NCBI GenBank assembly: GCA_009780675.1
Contig: WQZP01000001.1
Coordinates: 6,327-70,326, forward strand
Source of the DNA: Spirochaetaceae bacterium
Lineage (GTDB): Bacteria; Spirochaetota; Spirochaetia; CADAEX01
Length of the DNA stretch: 64,000 bases
Reading direction: 5' to 3'
Notes under the pieces: generated by a model
What the model saw: the letters and a program-made list of their open reading frames with translations, nothing else
Databases searched by the model: none
What the model was told of the DNA's origin: nothing
Made by a program: the position numbers and the translations under genes
Shown: piece after piece, positions 8,648 to 18,493 of the stretch
How positions within the stretch are numbered: the first letter of the stretch is position 1
Layout: each line of letters starts with the position of its first letter

Positions 8648-11233
8648 ATGAGATATGATAAGCTTACTATTAAGGCAGAAGAAGCAATACAAAGTGCCGA
8701 AACAATAGCGCATAAATATAATAATCCGGAAATTGCTATAGAACATCTTCTTTATGTTTTATTGACTCAAAAAGATGGTGTTATCCCTCCGCTTGTTGAT
8801 AAACTTGGCGTAAGCAAAGATATGCTTATTTCTGATGTTGAACAAGCTATTATCTCTAAACCTAAGGTATATGGAGATGATACAGTAATAAATATATCTT
8901 CCGAAGTTAGTAAAATTCTTAACAGGTCAGAAAAAGAAGCAGAAATCTTAAAAGATGAGTATATAAGCACAGAACACATTTTTCTTGCTATTCTTGAGTC
9001 AGGAACAAAGATCGGAGAGCTTTTAAAAAAAGCTGGAGTTAGCAGAAATGATGTTCTTAAAACACTGGTCTCGATAAGGGGAAACCAGCGTGTTACAGAT
9101 CAAAACCCCGAAAACAGGTATCAGACCCTGGAAAAATATTGCAGAGATCTTACTATTCTTGCTGCCAAGGAAAAAATAGACCCAGTAATAGGGAGAGATG
9201 AAGAAATCAGAAGAGTTATGCAGGTTCTCTCAAGAAGGACCAAAAATAATCCTGTATTGATAGGGGAGCCTGGAGTAGGAAAAACAGCAGTTGTTGAAGG
9301 GCTTGCAAGGCGAATAGTTTCCGGAGATGTGCCGGATTCACTTAAAAACAAAAAGTTACTTGCTCTTGATATGGGAGCTCTGGTAGCAGGCGCAAAATTC
9401 CGGGGAGAGTTTGAAGAAAGATTGAAAGCAGTAATTAATGAAATAACACAAAGTGATGGCGAGATAATCCTGTTTATAGATGAGCTCCATACCCTTATGG
9501 GCGCAGGAGCTGGAGAAGGGGCAATGGATGCTTCCAACTTGCTAAAGCCAGCGCTTGCACGCGGAGAACTTAGGTGCATTGGCGCTACAACGCTTGATGA
9601 ATACAGAAAACATATAGAAAAAGATGCTGCTTTTGAAAGAAGATTCCAAACAGTTTTTACCAAAGAGCCAAGTGTTGAACACACAATAGCAATACTTAGA
9701 GGGCTTAAAGAACGTTATGAGATCCATCACGGAGTGCGCATAAAAGACGAAGCAATAATCGCTGCTGCCACACTTTCAAATAGATATATCACTTCAAGAT
9801 TTTTGCCGGATAAAGCAATTGACCTTGTTGATGAAGCTGCAAGCAGGCTTAAAATGGAAATAGAAAGTCAGCCTACTGAGCTTGATCAGCTTGAAAGAAA
9901 AATGCTCCAACTTAATATAGAAAAACAGGCGCTCTCAAGAGAAGAGGACCAGGGATCAAAAGAGCGGCTTGCGGTTCTTGAAAAAGAACTTGCAGAGATA
10001 AAAACAAAAAGAGATGCAATGCAGCTTCAGTGGCGCAATGAGAAAAAAGTTATTGATGAGATCAGGAATTTAAAACAGAAAATCGAAGATCTTAAAATCG
10101 AAGAGACAAAATATGAGCGCGAAGGTAATCTTGCAAAAGCTGCTGAGATAAAACATGGACTTCTTCCTAAAGTTAAATCTGATTTGGAACAGAAAAGTAT
10201 TGAGCTCGACAAAGTCCAGGCAGGAAATGTATTGCTGCAGGAAGAGGTTGGGGAAGAGGATATTGCGCAAGTTGTCTCCACGTGGACAGGGATACCTGTT
10301 GCGAAAATGCTTTCCTCTGAAATGCAAAAATATCTTAATCTTGAAGATACTCTTGTGTCCCGTGTTGTGGGGCAGGATAAAGCAATAAAATCAATTGCAG
10401 ATGCTATAAGAAGAAACAAGACAGGGCTTTCGGAAGAATCAAAGCCGTTAGGCGCTTTTATTTTTATAGGACCTACGGGTGTGGGGAAAACAGAACTCGC
10501 AAAAGCCCTTGCGGAATTTCTTTTTAATGACGAGAAAGCTCTTACAAGGATCGATATGAGCGAGTATATGGAAAAGCACTCTGTATCAAGACTGATAGGA
10601 GCTCCTCCGGGATACGTGGGATATGATCAGGGTGGGCAACTTACAGAAACAGTTAGAAGGCGGCCATATTCTGTAATTCTTTTTGATGAAATTGAAAAAG
10701 CGCATCCAGATGTATTTAATGTAATGCTTCAGCTTTTTGATGAAGGGCGACTTACAGACGGGCAGGGGAGAGTTGTAGATTTTAGAAATACAATAATTAT
10801 AATGACAAGCAATATTGGAAGCGATTATATCCTTAATGCAACAAAATTGGATGAGGCAAAAACACAGATCGATAAACTCCTTAAAGCATCGTTTAAGCCG
10901 GAGTTCCTTAACAGGATTGATGAGATAATAATGTTTAACCGCCTTGAAAAAGAACAGATCGAAAAGATTATTGATATAGAACTTAACAAACTCGTGAAGA
11001 GGGTCAAGTCAAAAAAATATACTATTGTATTTACAAAAAAAGCAGAAGAGTTTCTTGTGGAAACAGGATATGATCCTCTTTTTGGAGCAAGACCTCTTAA
11101 AAGAACAATACAAAACTATGTTGAAAACCCTTTGGCAAAACTTATTTTATCAGGTTCGTTTTCCGAAGGAGATGCAATAAATGTTGATTTAAAAGATGGT
11201 GAACTAAAGTTTGTTAAAAAGAAAAAACAGTAG
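8648..11233 (+). CDS. clpB: ATP-dependent chaperone ClpB
   Basis: 861 aa with an N-domain and two AAA+ modules. Walker A motifs [15 protein letters not shown] and [15 protein letters not shown], a long coiled-coil M-domain, and a ClpB C-terminus. Confidence 0.95.
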   Translation: MRYDKLTIKAEEAIQSAETIAHKYNNPEIAIEHLLYVLLTQKDGVIPPLVDKLGVSKDMLISDVEQAIISKPKVYGDDTVINISSEVSKILNRSEKEAEILKDEYISTEHIFLAILESGTKIGELLKKAGVSRNDVLKTLVSIRGNQRVTDQNPENRYQTLEKYCRDLTILAAKEKIDPVIGRDEEIRRVMQVLSRRTKNNPVLIGEPGVGKTAVVEGLARRIVSGDVPDSLKNKKLLALDMGALVAGAKFRGEFEERLKAVINEITQSDGEIILFIDELHTLMGAGAGEGAMDASNLLKPALARGELRCIGATTLDEYRKHIEKDAAFERRFQTVFTKEPSVEHTIAILRGLKERYEIHHGVRIKDEAIIAAATLSNRYITSRFLPDKAIDLVDEAASRLKMEIESQPTELDQLERKMLQLNIEKQALSREEDQGSKERLAVLEKELAEIKTKRDAMQLQWRNEKKVIDEIRNLKQKIEDLKIEETKYEREGNLAKAAEIKHGLLPKVKSDLEQKSIELDKVQAGNVLLQEEVGEEDIAQVVSTWTGIPVAKMLSSEMQKYLNLEDTLVSRVVGQDKAIKSIADAIRRNKTGLSEESKPLGAFIFIGPTGVGKTELAKALAEFLFNDEKALTRIDMSEYMEKHSVSRLIGAPPGYVGYDQGGQLTETVRRRPYSVILFDEIEKAHPDVFNVMLQLFDEGRLTDGQGRVVDFRNTIIIMTSNIGSDYILNATKLDEAKTQIDKLLKASFKPEFLNRIDEIIMFNRLEKEQIEKIIDIELNKLVKRVKSKKYTIVFTKKAEEFLVETGYDPLFGARPLKRTIQNYVENPLAKLILSGSFSEGDAINVDLKDGELKFVKKKKQ

Positions 11234-11296
11234 GCTACAGTCGTTCGCCTCTACCCCGTACGGTGCTGTGGAACAAAGGTAAATCTTTAGATAAAT

Positions 11297-12061
11297 CTAC
11301 GGGGTACAGCTTCGCTTATCCTTAGTAATTTTGGTTTTGGTATGCGGATCAATATTTTTTATGATTTCCGGGAAACTTCCCGCAATACCTATTTTATCAT
11401 TCTTTACGATTAAAACTCCTTGAACACCTTTTATAGAAATAACTTTTTCAAGAGCATCAGGTATATCTTTTTCTTCTTTCACAAGATTACCGGCAAGCGT
11501 TGAGGCAGAGTCCGCAAGAGCTCCGTCTGTTGATATAACAGTTGCCAGATTACAATCTCCAAAACTTAGAGAGTGCCCCATTTTACTTGAAGAAGAACAT
11601 ATTGATATTGGCGTAGCTTCTGGTTTAATTAAAACCGCAAGATTTGACGCAATAGTTGAATTGCCTGCATATAACGCTATTTTTGTTTCGTTTTTGGAGA
11701 AAATATAAATATCCCCCCCGTTTTCAATTACTGCCTCGTCTGCACCTGCCGCAACCGCTGCTTCCGCTGCTATTTGCGCAGTTACTCCTGCTACAGATGC
11801 CATAGGCCCTACTCCTGTTAAAAGCGATGCTTTGTGCATCCTCCTTACTATATCAGGAGCATCGGAATCTATTTCCTGCAATGGAACCAGCGATTCCACA
11901 AAATCTTTATATTTTATAATATAATTGCTTAAAATAGTTCGCTGCTTAATAATTTCATCTTTTATTATATCAAATGCCGAGGATATTATTTTAAAATTAG
12001 CCCCTTTCCAGGAAAACGACCGGACTATTCTGTTATTGGATAAAAAAAAGTTGTTTGCCAT
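11297..12061 (-). CDS. UPF0280 family protein (ApbE-like), last gene of the DUF39 homocysteine cluster
   Basis: LLTGVGPMASVAGVTAQIAAEAAVAAGADEAVIENGGDIYIF is characteristic of the UPF0280 family. It is co-directional and adjacent to the NIL-ferredoxin and DUF39 genes. Confidence 0.55.
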   Translation of the reverse strand: MANNFFLSNNRIVRSFSWKGANFKIISSAFDIIKDEIIKQRTILSNYIIKYKDFVESLVPLQEIDSDAPDIVRRMHKASLLTGVGPMASVAGVTAQIAAEAAVAAGADEAVIENGGDIYIFSKNETKIALYAGNSTIASNLAVLIKPEATPISICSSSSKMGHSLSFGDCNLATVISTDGALADSASTLAGNLVKEEKDIPDALEKVISIKGVQGVLIVKNDKIGIAGSFPEIIKNIDPHTKTKITKDKRSCTP

Positions 12062-12076
12062 AATATTGCAAAAACA

Positions 12077-12490
12077 TTATTGAAAACATATTGAACTGCA
12101 CGCGCCAAAAGGGCAATTTTCAATACAGCTAAGGCACTGTATACATTTCTCCATATTATATTCCATTCGCCTTGATTTTCTGTCTATTATAAATAGCGCA
12201 TCTGTAGGGCAGTGCGATAGACAATTGCCGCATTGGATACAAGTATCTTTATCCCAGCGTATGCCGTTATCAGTTTCATTTATTTCTATATTTTCCGATT
12301 TTAGAAATTTAAGAGCTTTTTTTATATTTTCCTCCTCGCCACTAATATCAAGGACAAGATACCCGGTTTCATCGGGTGTTATTTTTGCTCTGAATATATT
12401 AACAACAAGATCATGATCTTTTACAAGACGATATACTATAGGTTTTTCTGTATCGTTTTTTTTAAAATGAAGAAGAAGTTTTTTTGTCAT
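12077..12490 (-). CDS. NIL-domain protein fused to a 2x[4Fe-4S] ferredoxin (MA1822-like)
   Basis: N-terminal NIL-like region, then two CxxCxxCxxxCP clusters (CIQCGNCLSHCP, CIQCLSCIENCP). There is a 4-nt overlap with the upstream DUF39 gene. Confidence 0.7.
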   Translation of the reverse strand: MTKKLLLHFKKNDTEKPIVYRLVKDHDLVVNIFRAKITPDETGYLVLDISGEEENIKKALKFLKSENIEINETDNGIRWDKDTCIQCGNCLSHCPTDALFIIDRKSRRMEYNMEKCIQCLSCIENCPFGACSSICFQ

Positions 12491-13680
12491 TTTTTCTTCC
12501 CCTTGATTTGCAGACCCCTTACCGATTGATTTTTAGGCAAAGAAGATGATGGCTTTGAGATAAGAAAATCGCCGCGCTTGATTTCATCTTTAAGAATTTC
12601 TGTAATTTCAAGAGCCTTGTTATATGAAGACAATGAGCTTATCTCAACTTTTTTCCCCAGTATGTTTATATCATCCTGCATTATCAACTGCTCGTAATTT
12701 ACCTTTGTAATAATCTTGCCTGTTTTGTGTTGATAATCATGACTGTAGTCAATAACGCAAGCTTCAATGTCTCTGTTTTTTACAGTTACATACTTTAATA
12801 TATTTTCATTAAGAATAGGTATTGGAATACCTACACCAACAGAAAGTGAAACTCCATAACCCTTAAGACTTGCGCCCCGTACAAATTCCTTTTTCATTTT
12901 TTTCATATCTGCTGTAAGGGCAAGTGTTCCGGCCCCTTCTATGGGAACTCCGTTTTCCCCCCGTTGGCATGTGGGGCTGTGCTGTGTCCCTTCGGCGTAA
13001 ACTAGCCCTCTGCTTCCGGCAAGCCACACACTTGTTCCAATCCCTATGGTTTCATAAAAAGGGTCATTAAGAAGCGGAGATAATTGTCCTGCAGAGCAAA
13101 AAGTAAGATTCTGCATTTTGGGTTTAAGTATTCCAAGATATGTATAAACAGTTTTATCCGAGCAATTTATTGCAACATTATAATTCTGGTAACAGTTTCT
13201 GGGATTTACCATTATAGCCTGATTAAGGTCATTTATATCAAACAAAGTTCTTATCTCTTTTAAAGGGTAATCATCTGTTCCGTATGATAGCGCAAAAAGC
13301 TGACACTTTTCCCCTGCGACAAGTTTTTCTATTACATGACCGCCGCCAAATTTAAATTCTCCGGGATAGTTCATATTTGCAGGGTCATTATGTCTAAGCT
13401 GCGTTGCTCCAAGATAAATATCTACAGCCGCGACTCCTGAGTAACAAAGAACATCATCTATCCATGCTTCTGTTATTCTCATTCTTGGATTTGAATGCCC
13501 AAAATTTAAAAAACAGCCCGATGAACACATAGGCCCAAAAGTAGCAGTAGTTACAATATCTACTTCTTTTGCTGCTTTTTCGATCCCTTTTTTATCTACA
13601 TAATCGATAATTTCTTCTGCAGTAAGAACAACTGCTTTTCCAGATTCAATTTTTTTGTTTATATCTTCATAGGTTTTCAT
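12487..13680 (-). CDS. DUF39/COG1900 homocysteine biosynthesis protein (L-aspartate semialdehyde sulfurtransferase-like, MA1821 family), without the CBS pair
   Basis: The N-terminus MKTYEDINKKIESGKAVVLTAEEIIDY...DIVTTATFGPMCSSGCFLNFGHS and the overall 397-aa profile fit COG1900. Confidence 0.7.
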   Translation of the reverse strand: MKTYEDINKKIESGKAVVLTAEEIIDYVDKKGIEKAAKEVDIVTTATFGPMCSSGCFLNFGHSNPRMRITEAWIDDVLCYSGVAAVDIYLGATQLRHNDPANMNYPGEFKFGGGHVIEKLVAGEKCQLFALSYGTDDYPLKEIRTLFDINDLNQAIMVNPRNCYQNYNVAINCSDKTVYTYLGILKPKMQNLTFCSAGQLSPLLNDPFYETIGIGTSVWLAGSRGLVYAEGTQHSPTCQRGENGVPIEGAGTLALTADMKKMKKEFVRGASLKGYGVSLSVGVGIPIPILNENILKYVTVKNRDIEACVIDYSHDYQHKTGKIITKVNYEQLIMQDDINILGKKVEISSLSSYNKALEITEILKDEIKRGDFLISKPSSSLPKNQSVRGLQIKGKKK

Positions 13681-13793
13681 TTCACTATATCATATTATTT
13701 ATGAAAAAATAATTCAATAAAATTATTTTAAAAATCCTGGAAGTGCTTATTAAGGGCTTGAAACTATTGTATTAAACAGTATAAATATTCATT

Positions 13794-14774
13794 ATGCAGA
13801 TATTATCTTCTATTAAGAAAAATTGGCTCATAATTGGTATCTTTGTAGCAGTAATTTGTGGCTACTATTTTCCGGAATTCGCGAAAATAATAAATAAGGA
13901 CAGAATGTTTTCGACTTTTCTTGTGATTTTTTTGTTTTTTATACAAGGTTTTATTCTACAAAAAGAAAAAGTCTTTTCAGGGATCAAAAATTTAAAACTT
14001 CATGTCACTATGTTGTTTTTTACTTTTATATTCTATCCATTATATTTTTTTATTTTTGTGAACATCCTTCCTCTCACAGATAATGAAGGAGTTATTGCCG
14101 GGCTTTTTATCCTTGCCTGTTTACCTACAACTATTGCCAGTTGCGCAGTATTTACAAGCCTGGCAGGTGGAAATACAAGCGGCGTTATTTTTAATACAGT
14201 TATTTCCAATACAGCCGGAGTTTTTATTACACCACTGCTATTTTCTTTTATGGTAACAACAGCAGCATTGGTACTTCCTCTTTCCATGCTTTCTGAAGTC
14301 CTGGTTGGTCTTGTGATAAGGATAATTATACCTATGGCATTGGGAATGATTCTGCGCAATTTTTTCATTGAATTTATTGATAAAAACAGAAAGAAATTTT
14401 CCACAGCCAGCAGCATTGCAATTCTGTGTATACTGTTTTTGGCATTTGCAGAAAGTTCAAATTATATAACTTCGGATTTGGTTGCAACGTTATATCCTGT
14501 GTTCATTTTTTTAGCAGTATCATATTTTATAATATCTTTTATTATTTACAAAACAGCATCCTTGCTCGGCTTTCCGGAAGAAGATATAATAGCAAGTGTT
14601 TTTACAGGTGCGCAAAAAACACTTGCAGGCGCGCCACTTATAACACTATTTTTTAAAGATAGCCCACATATGTTGGGAATAGTGTTGATTCCTCTTCTTT
14701 TCTTCCATCCATGGCAGCTTTTTTCATCCACTTTTATAGTAAAATATTTTTTAAGAAAAAAAGAGTCTGGATAA
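13794..14774 (+). CDS. Polytopic membrane transporter, probably bile acid:sodium symporter (BASS) family
   Basis: About 9-10 TM helices. Small-residue-rich helices (LPTTIASCAVFTSLAGGNTSGVIFNTVISNTAGVFITPLL) are typical of the BASS/ACR3 fold. Confidence 0.4.
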   Translation: MQILSSIKKNWLIIGIFVAVICGYYFPEFAKIINKDRMFSTFLVIFLFFIQGFILQKEKVFSGIKNLKLHVTMLFFTFIFYPLYFFIFVNILPLTDNEGVIAGLFILACLPTTIASCAVFTSLAGGNTSGVIFNTVISNTAGVFITPLLFSFMVTTAALVLPLSMLSEVLVGLVIRIIIPMALGMILRNFFIEFIDKNRKKFSTASSIAILCILFLAFAESSNYITSDLVATLYPVFIFLAVSYFIISFIIYKTASLLGFPEEDIIASVFTGAQKTLAGAPLITLFFKDSPHMLGIVLIPLLFFHPWQLFSSTFIVKYFLRKKESG

Positions 14775-15107
14775 TTATGCGCTAAGCAATTTTGCGATTT
14801 CAGCAGATACATTGAACTGATTTTTTTTTGTAGAAAGAATAGCAATATTTTCTCCCTTTGCAGCTTGTATCATATCTTCGGGAGCAGTTTTTCCATTGCA
14901 GATAACAATTACTCTTGCGCCCACAAGAGTTGCAACCGCAACTGTATTTTTATGTGCCTGGATTGTTATTAGAGCAGAATCAGAAGGGGTATTTGCCATT
15001 ACATCGCTTAAAAGGTCCCCTGCGTACCCTGCTTTTATTTCAGTATTGTTATCCCCTTCAGAAAGAACCAGGTAACCTGTTCTTGCAATAAAATCCGCTA
15101 GTTTCAT
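14775..15107 (-). CDS. Standalone DRTGG-domain protein
   Basis: GDLLSDVM...ALITIQAH...VAVATLVGARVIVICNGKTAPEDMIQAAKGENIAILST matches the DRTGG-domain pattern. Confidence 0.5.
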   Translation of the reverse strand: MKLADFIARTGYLVLSEGDNNTEIKAGYAGDLLSDVMANTPSDSALITIQAHKNTVAVATLVGARVIVICNGKTAPEDMIQAAKGENIAILSTKKNQFNVSAEIAKLLSA

Positions 15108-15141
15108 TTTTTGCGTAGACTGATGCGTCTAATGAAGGTAT

Positions 15142-15483
15142 TTAACATTTTCCCAACAGTTTTCCCAATAAAATACACACTTCAAACATACTCAAGCTTG
15201 TTGATAGAAGAGTGATATCTGATTCTACTGTAAGATTACGCATTGAATTCTGAGGTTGTTTACCATTTAAAAGAATAACGCCAATAGCTTTAACACTTTC
15301 TGCTGTTTTTATTACTTGATCCGTAGTAAGCGTTGTAACAATAATTCTATTTTCTTCATCGCTAAGAAAAACTTCGCCCATTATATCGCCGGCGAAAATA
15401 TTTATAATACTTGCAGTATTAAAGTTATTCCCCTTATGAATAACCTCACACTTCAAAACATCGATAATTTGTTCAAATGTCAT
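15142..15483 (-). CDS. Second standalone DRTGG-domain protein, paralogous to 14775-15107 (start placed at an internal Met with RBS GGAG)
   Basis: AGDIMGEVF...IVTTLTTDQVIKTAESVKAIGVILLNGKQP has the same architecture as its neighbour. GGAGTAAAAATG gives a good RBS for the Met at 15483. Confidence 0.45.
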   Translation of the reverse strand: MTFEQIIDVLKCEVIHKGNNFNTASIINIFAGDIMGEVFLSDEENRIIVTTLTTDQVIKTAESVKAIGVILLNGKQPQNSMRNLTVESDITLLSTSLSMFEVCILLGKLLGKC

Positions 15484-15696
15484 TTTTACTCCGACTCTTT
15501 GGGGTTTGTATAGCAATATCAATCTTATACTATATAATATATTTTTTGCCAATCATCCCTGTTTAGAAAGTAAGCATACTTTATAGAATAATGATTTATT
15601 TATATGATATAATATATAGAAAATTTAATTATAAAATGATATAATAATCTATATAAATATGTGAAACATTATTTTGAGTTAATGTGGGAGAACTGA

Positions 15697-16191
15697 ATGA
15701 GAAAAACAGTATTATTCTTGATTTCGGTCTGGATTATTATTGGATTATTATCCTGTACTACTTATAGCCAAAGAAAAAGTTCATCAAATAAAATAGTAGA
15801 CCTTGTTAATGCGCAAAATAGCGCTGTATTAAGCGAGATTACCTCTTTGCCTTTTCTTTTTGATAGGGAAATAATTGTCCTTGAAAGGGATCGCAACATG
15901 ATATGGCAAAATATAAGTAATGCAGGTTTTAGTTTTGAAGGAATTATTAGTACAGAATCAATCCCTGTCTCTTCCGGAGATTATTTATTTTTTGGAAATA
16001 CTTTTGAAGTACGAACATGGTTTGAAAAATATCTTCCTCAAAGAGCTTCGCTTGTGAAAATCAACACCAGAAATGGTCTTTATTATATGATTTTGGGCAG
16101 CAGAACAAAGGTTAGAATAAATTTACCCGGAGGAAGGGGAAGTTTTCCAACTATACATGGATTTACAGGCCCTGTACAGGAGGCTAGATAA
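15697..16191 (+). CDS. Putative lipoprotein (hypothetical)
   Basis: Signal peptide with a lipobox-like LLSC. The stop overlaps the next start (ATGA). Confidence 0.4.
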   Translation: MRKTVLFLISVWIIIGLLSCTTYSQRKSSSNKIVDLVNAQNSAVLSEITSLPFLFDREIIVLERDRNMIWQNISNAGFSFEGIISTESIPVSSGDYLFFGNTFEVRTWFEKYLPQRASLVKINTRNGLYYMILGSRTKVRINLPGGRGSFPTIHGFTGPVQEAR

Positions 16192-17216
16192 TGAAAAAAA
16201 ATATTATATTCATATTAATTTTTACAATATTTGCATCAACTCTTTATGCGCAGAGTATTGCCAGAGTAGCTTTTGTAGATGGCTGGGTTGATGTCAGAAC
16301 TGCTGCAGGAGTTGTTGACGAGGCGTTAATTGGAGATGACCTTTCTGCCGGCAGTTCTATTATTACAGGGAGAGATGGTTATGCCGAGCTTCTTGAAAGG
16401 CCATCTGGCAGCACATTTAGAGTATCTCCAAATACAGTGTTTGCCATAAGGGAGAGAGAAGTCAATGGCAGAAACGAAAGTGTTCTTGCTGTTGCAGTTG
16501 GCGAAGTTGCTTTTAAGGTCAACAGAGTAGCAGGTTCAGGAACTTTGGTTGCAACAAACAGCACTGTTGCTGGTGTAAGAGGCACAGAATTTGTTGTTTT
16601 CTCTGGTTCAGATGGCACTACGCTTATTGCTGTTGCAGAAGGGCTTGTTGAAGTTGAAGCTTATGGCAGAAGCGTTGAGCTTTATGCTGATGAAGCTGTT
16701 GAGGTAAGACCCGGAAGCCCACCAGGTCCAAAAATTCAGCTTCTTGGAAGAGCTCTTGATTTTAGTCAATGGAATGAAAGCAGGCGACAGGAATTTCTTA
16801 ATGACCCTGTTGCAGCTTTAAGAGCAGTTGACAGAAGGCTTGATTATTATAATGAGAAGATACAAGAGCTTCAGCCGCAGTTTCTTGAGATGACAGAAAG
16901 AGTACTCCAGATGTGGGCAGAGCTTGATAGAATATATTTGGAACAAGGTCAGGATGCTGCTACCCAGTATGACCGCACTGTTTTGGGACCAGCAAGTATT
17001 AATGCAGTACATATAGGGCTTAATGTAAGATATTATGCGCTTTCCGCGCTTTCAATGAGACGTTTTGTTGTTGGAAATATGTATGCAGAGATGAAGTCAA
17101 GGTATATTACAAGACTAAATGATCCTGTTTTTATAGAATTTAGAAATTTATATAATGAAGTACTTAGAAAATTTGAAGAAATAACGATCTCTAGAATAAA
17201 CGCAACAGATATTTAA
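16191..17216 (+). CDS. Secreted FecR-domain protein
   Basis: Signal peptide, and DGWVDVRTAAGVVDEALIGDDLSAGSSIITGRDGYAELL...STFRVSPNTVFAI fits the FecR fold pattern. Confidence 0.5.
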   Translation: MKKNIIFILIFTIFASTLYAQSIARVAFVDGWVDVRTAAGVVDEALIGDDLSAGSSIITGRDGYAELLERPSGSTFRVSPNTVFAIREREVNGRNESVLAVAVGEVAFKVNRVAGSGTLVATNSTVAGVRGTEFVVFSGSDGTTLIAVAEGLVEVEAYGRSVELYADEAVEVRPGSPPGPKIQLLGRALDFSQWNESRRQEFLNDPVAALRAVDRRLDYYNEKIQELQPQFLEMTERVLQMWAELDRIYLEQGQDAATQYDRTVLGPASINAVHIGLNVRYYALSALSMRRFVVGNMYAEMKSRYITRLNDPVFIEFRNLYNEVLRKFEEITISRINATDI

Positions 17217-17233
17217 AAATTAAGGAGAAACAA

Positions 17234-17626
17234 ATGAAAAAAAATATTTTAGTTTTATTAGTTATTTTTGTTTTAATAATTTCTGTTTTTACAGGGTGTA
17301 AACAAGACCCAGAGCCAGATCCCGTATCCATAGAAGGGAGAATAAACCAATTTGTGGGAGATTTAAATACAGCATCAGGCAGGAGTGGTATTAGCAAACA
17401 TTTTCATTCTTCACATCCATTTTCTAATATAGATGCTGACGTATTAATTCCTTTGTTTCCCACATTACCTGATGGGTCTAGCTATTCTGTTGGAAGTATT
17501 TCTTCAGGAGATTCGACCAGAACTGTAGTTATAAATAGAACATCCTTAGCTTCCATCGGGCGAACTTTTATAATGTTAGCAGCAGGAAATAATTGGTATA
17601 TTTTAAATATTACGGTTGCGCCATAA
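17234..17626 (+). CDS. Putative lipoprotein (hypothetical)
   Basis: Signal peptide with the lipobox FTGC. Confidence 0.4.
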   Translation: MKKNILVLLVIFVLIISVFTGCKQDPEPDPVSIEGRINQFVGDLNTASGRSGISKHFHSSHPFSNIDADVLIPLFPTLPDGSSYSVGSISSGDSTRTVVINRTSLASIGRTFIMLAAGNNWYILNITVAP

Positions 17627-17655
17627 TAAGAATCGTTGCTTGATAAAAAGCCAAA

Positions 17656-17700
17656 AGAGTTGTCCGTTGTGCGACACTACGCAATTCTCCGGACAGCTCT
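17656..17700 (+). terminator. Hairpin terminator after the 15697-17626 operon
   Basis: agagttgtccg ... cggacagctct is an 11-bp stem with one mismatch, followed by TTTT. Confidence 0.45.
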
Positions 17701-17701
17701 T

Positions 17702-18490
17702 TTAGTGTAATTCCAGTAACTTTGCCCCTCTCTGGAGCAGCCTTTCGATTTTAGCATCAGAAAATTTTGCCTTTTCTTCCAGCAGCTTGATTTCTGTAAC
17801 AGGGTCTCCCAAAGGATAATCACTTCCAAAAAGAAAAAAATCCTCAGGAAAAGTATTAAGAATTTCTTTTAAAAGTTGGTCAGGAATAAATTTCAATGAA
17901 CTGGATGTATCCATATAAAAATTAAGTTTTGACAATGATTCCTTGACCCATTGCCAGTGTGCATAACCCCCAAAATGAGCAGCAATTGCAGTAAGCGATG
18001 GAAAGTTTTTTAAAACATTTGCGAATTTTTGCGGTGACGAGGGGTTTATATCAGGATGATGAACATCACCAATATGAAAAGTTACAACAAACTTTCCGGC
18101 AATAGCTTCATATATTGGAAACATTATTTTTGAATCAAGATGAAACCCCTGGAAATCAGGATGAAATTTAATCCCTTTTATGCCATGTTTTTTTAGCCTT
18201 TCAAGCTCTTTTTCCCAATCTGGATAATTTGGGTGGACAGTGCCAAAGGGGATAAATCTTGGGTTTTCTGAAAGCGCAATAGCCCAGTCATTGGCAGGTA
18301 CTACCTGTTCGGGAACTGTTGCTGCGCAAAGAACAACAGATTTATCTATCCTTGCCTTATCCAAAAAAGAGATAAGGTCTTCTTTTATTCCTGTCCCGGC
18401 GGCAAGGTGTTTATAATGATTTACAAGATGTTTTATTGCCTTTTCTGCGATTTTGTCATGAAAAGCATGAGTATGCATATCGATTCTCAC
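17702..18490 (-). CDS. Amidohydrolase-2 family metal-dependent hydrolase (TIM barrel)
   Basis: N-terminal MHTHAF, later His/Asp residues, and a length typical of PF04909-like hydrolases. Confidence 0.55.
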   Translation of the reverse strand: MRIDMHTHAFHDKIAEKAIKHLVNHYKHLAAGTGIKEDLISFLDKARIDKSVVLCAATVPEQVVPANDWAIALSENPRFIPFGTVHPNYPDWEKELERLKKHGIKGIKFHPDFQGFHLDSKIMFPIYEAIAGKFVVTFHIGDVHHPDINPSSPQKFANVLKNFPSLTAIAAHFGGYAHWQWVKESLSKLNFYMDTSSSLKFIPDQLLKEILNTFPEDFFLFGSDYPLGDPVTEIKLLEEKAKFSDAKIERLLQRGAKLLELH

Positions 18491-18493
18491 TTT

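Noticed and set aside
9121-10419. Multiple antisense ORFs (62-187 aa) within clpB
   Set aside because: They are embedded opposite a highly confident ClpB reading frame with Ser/Pro-rich low-complexity translations, typical of spurious antisense frames. The same logic applies to antisense ORFs inside the kinase, EF-G, opp, metY and cysK genes.
11262-11320. Hairpin ctaccccgta...tacggggtac between clpB and the UPF0280 gene
   Set aside because: A 10-bp stem with a ~30-nt loop and no U-tract. It is a plausible bidirectional terminator but not convincing enough to list as a feature.
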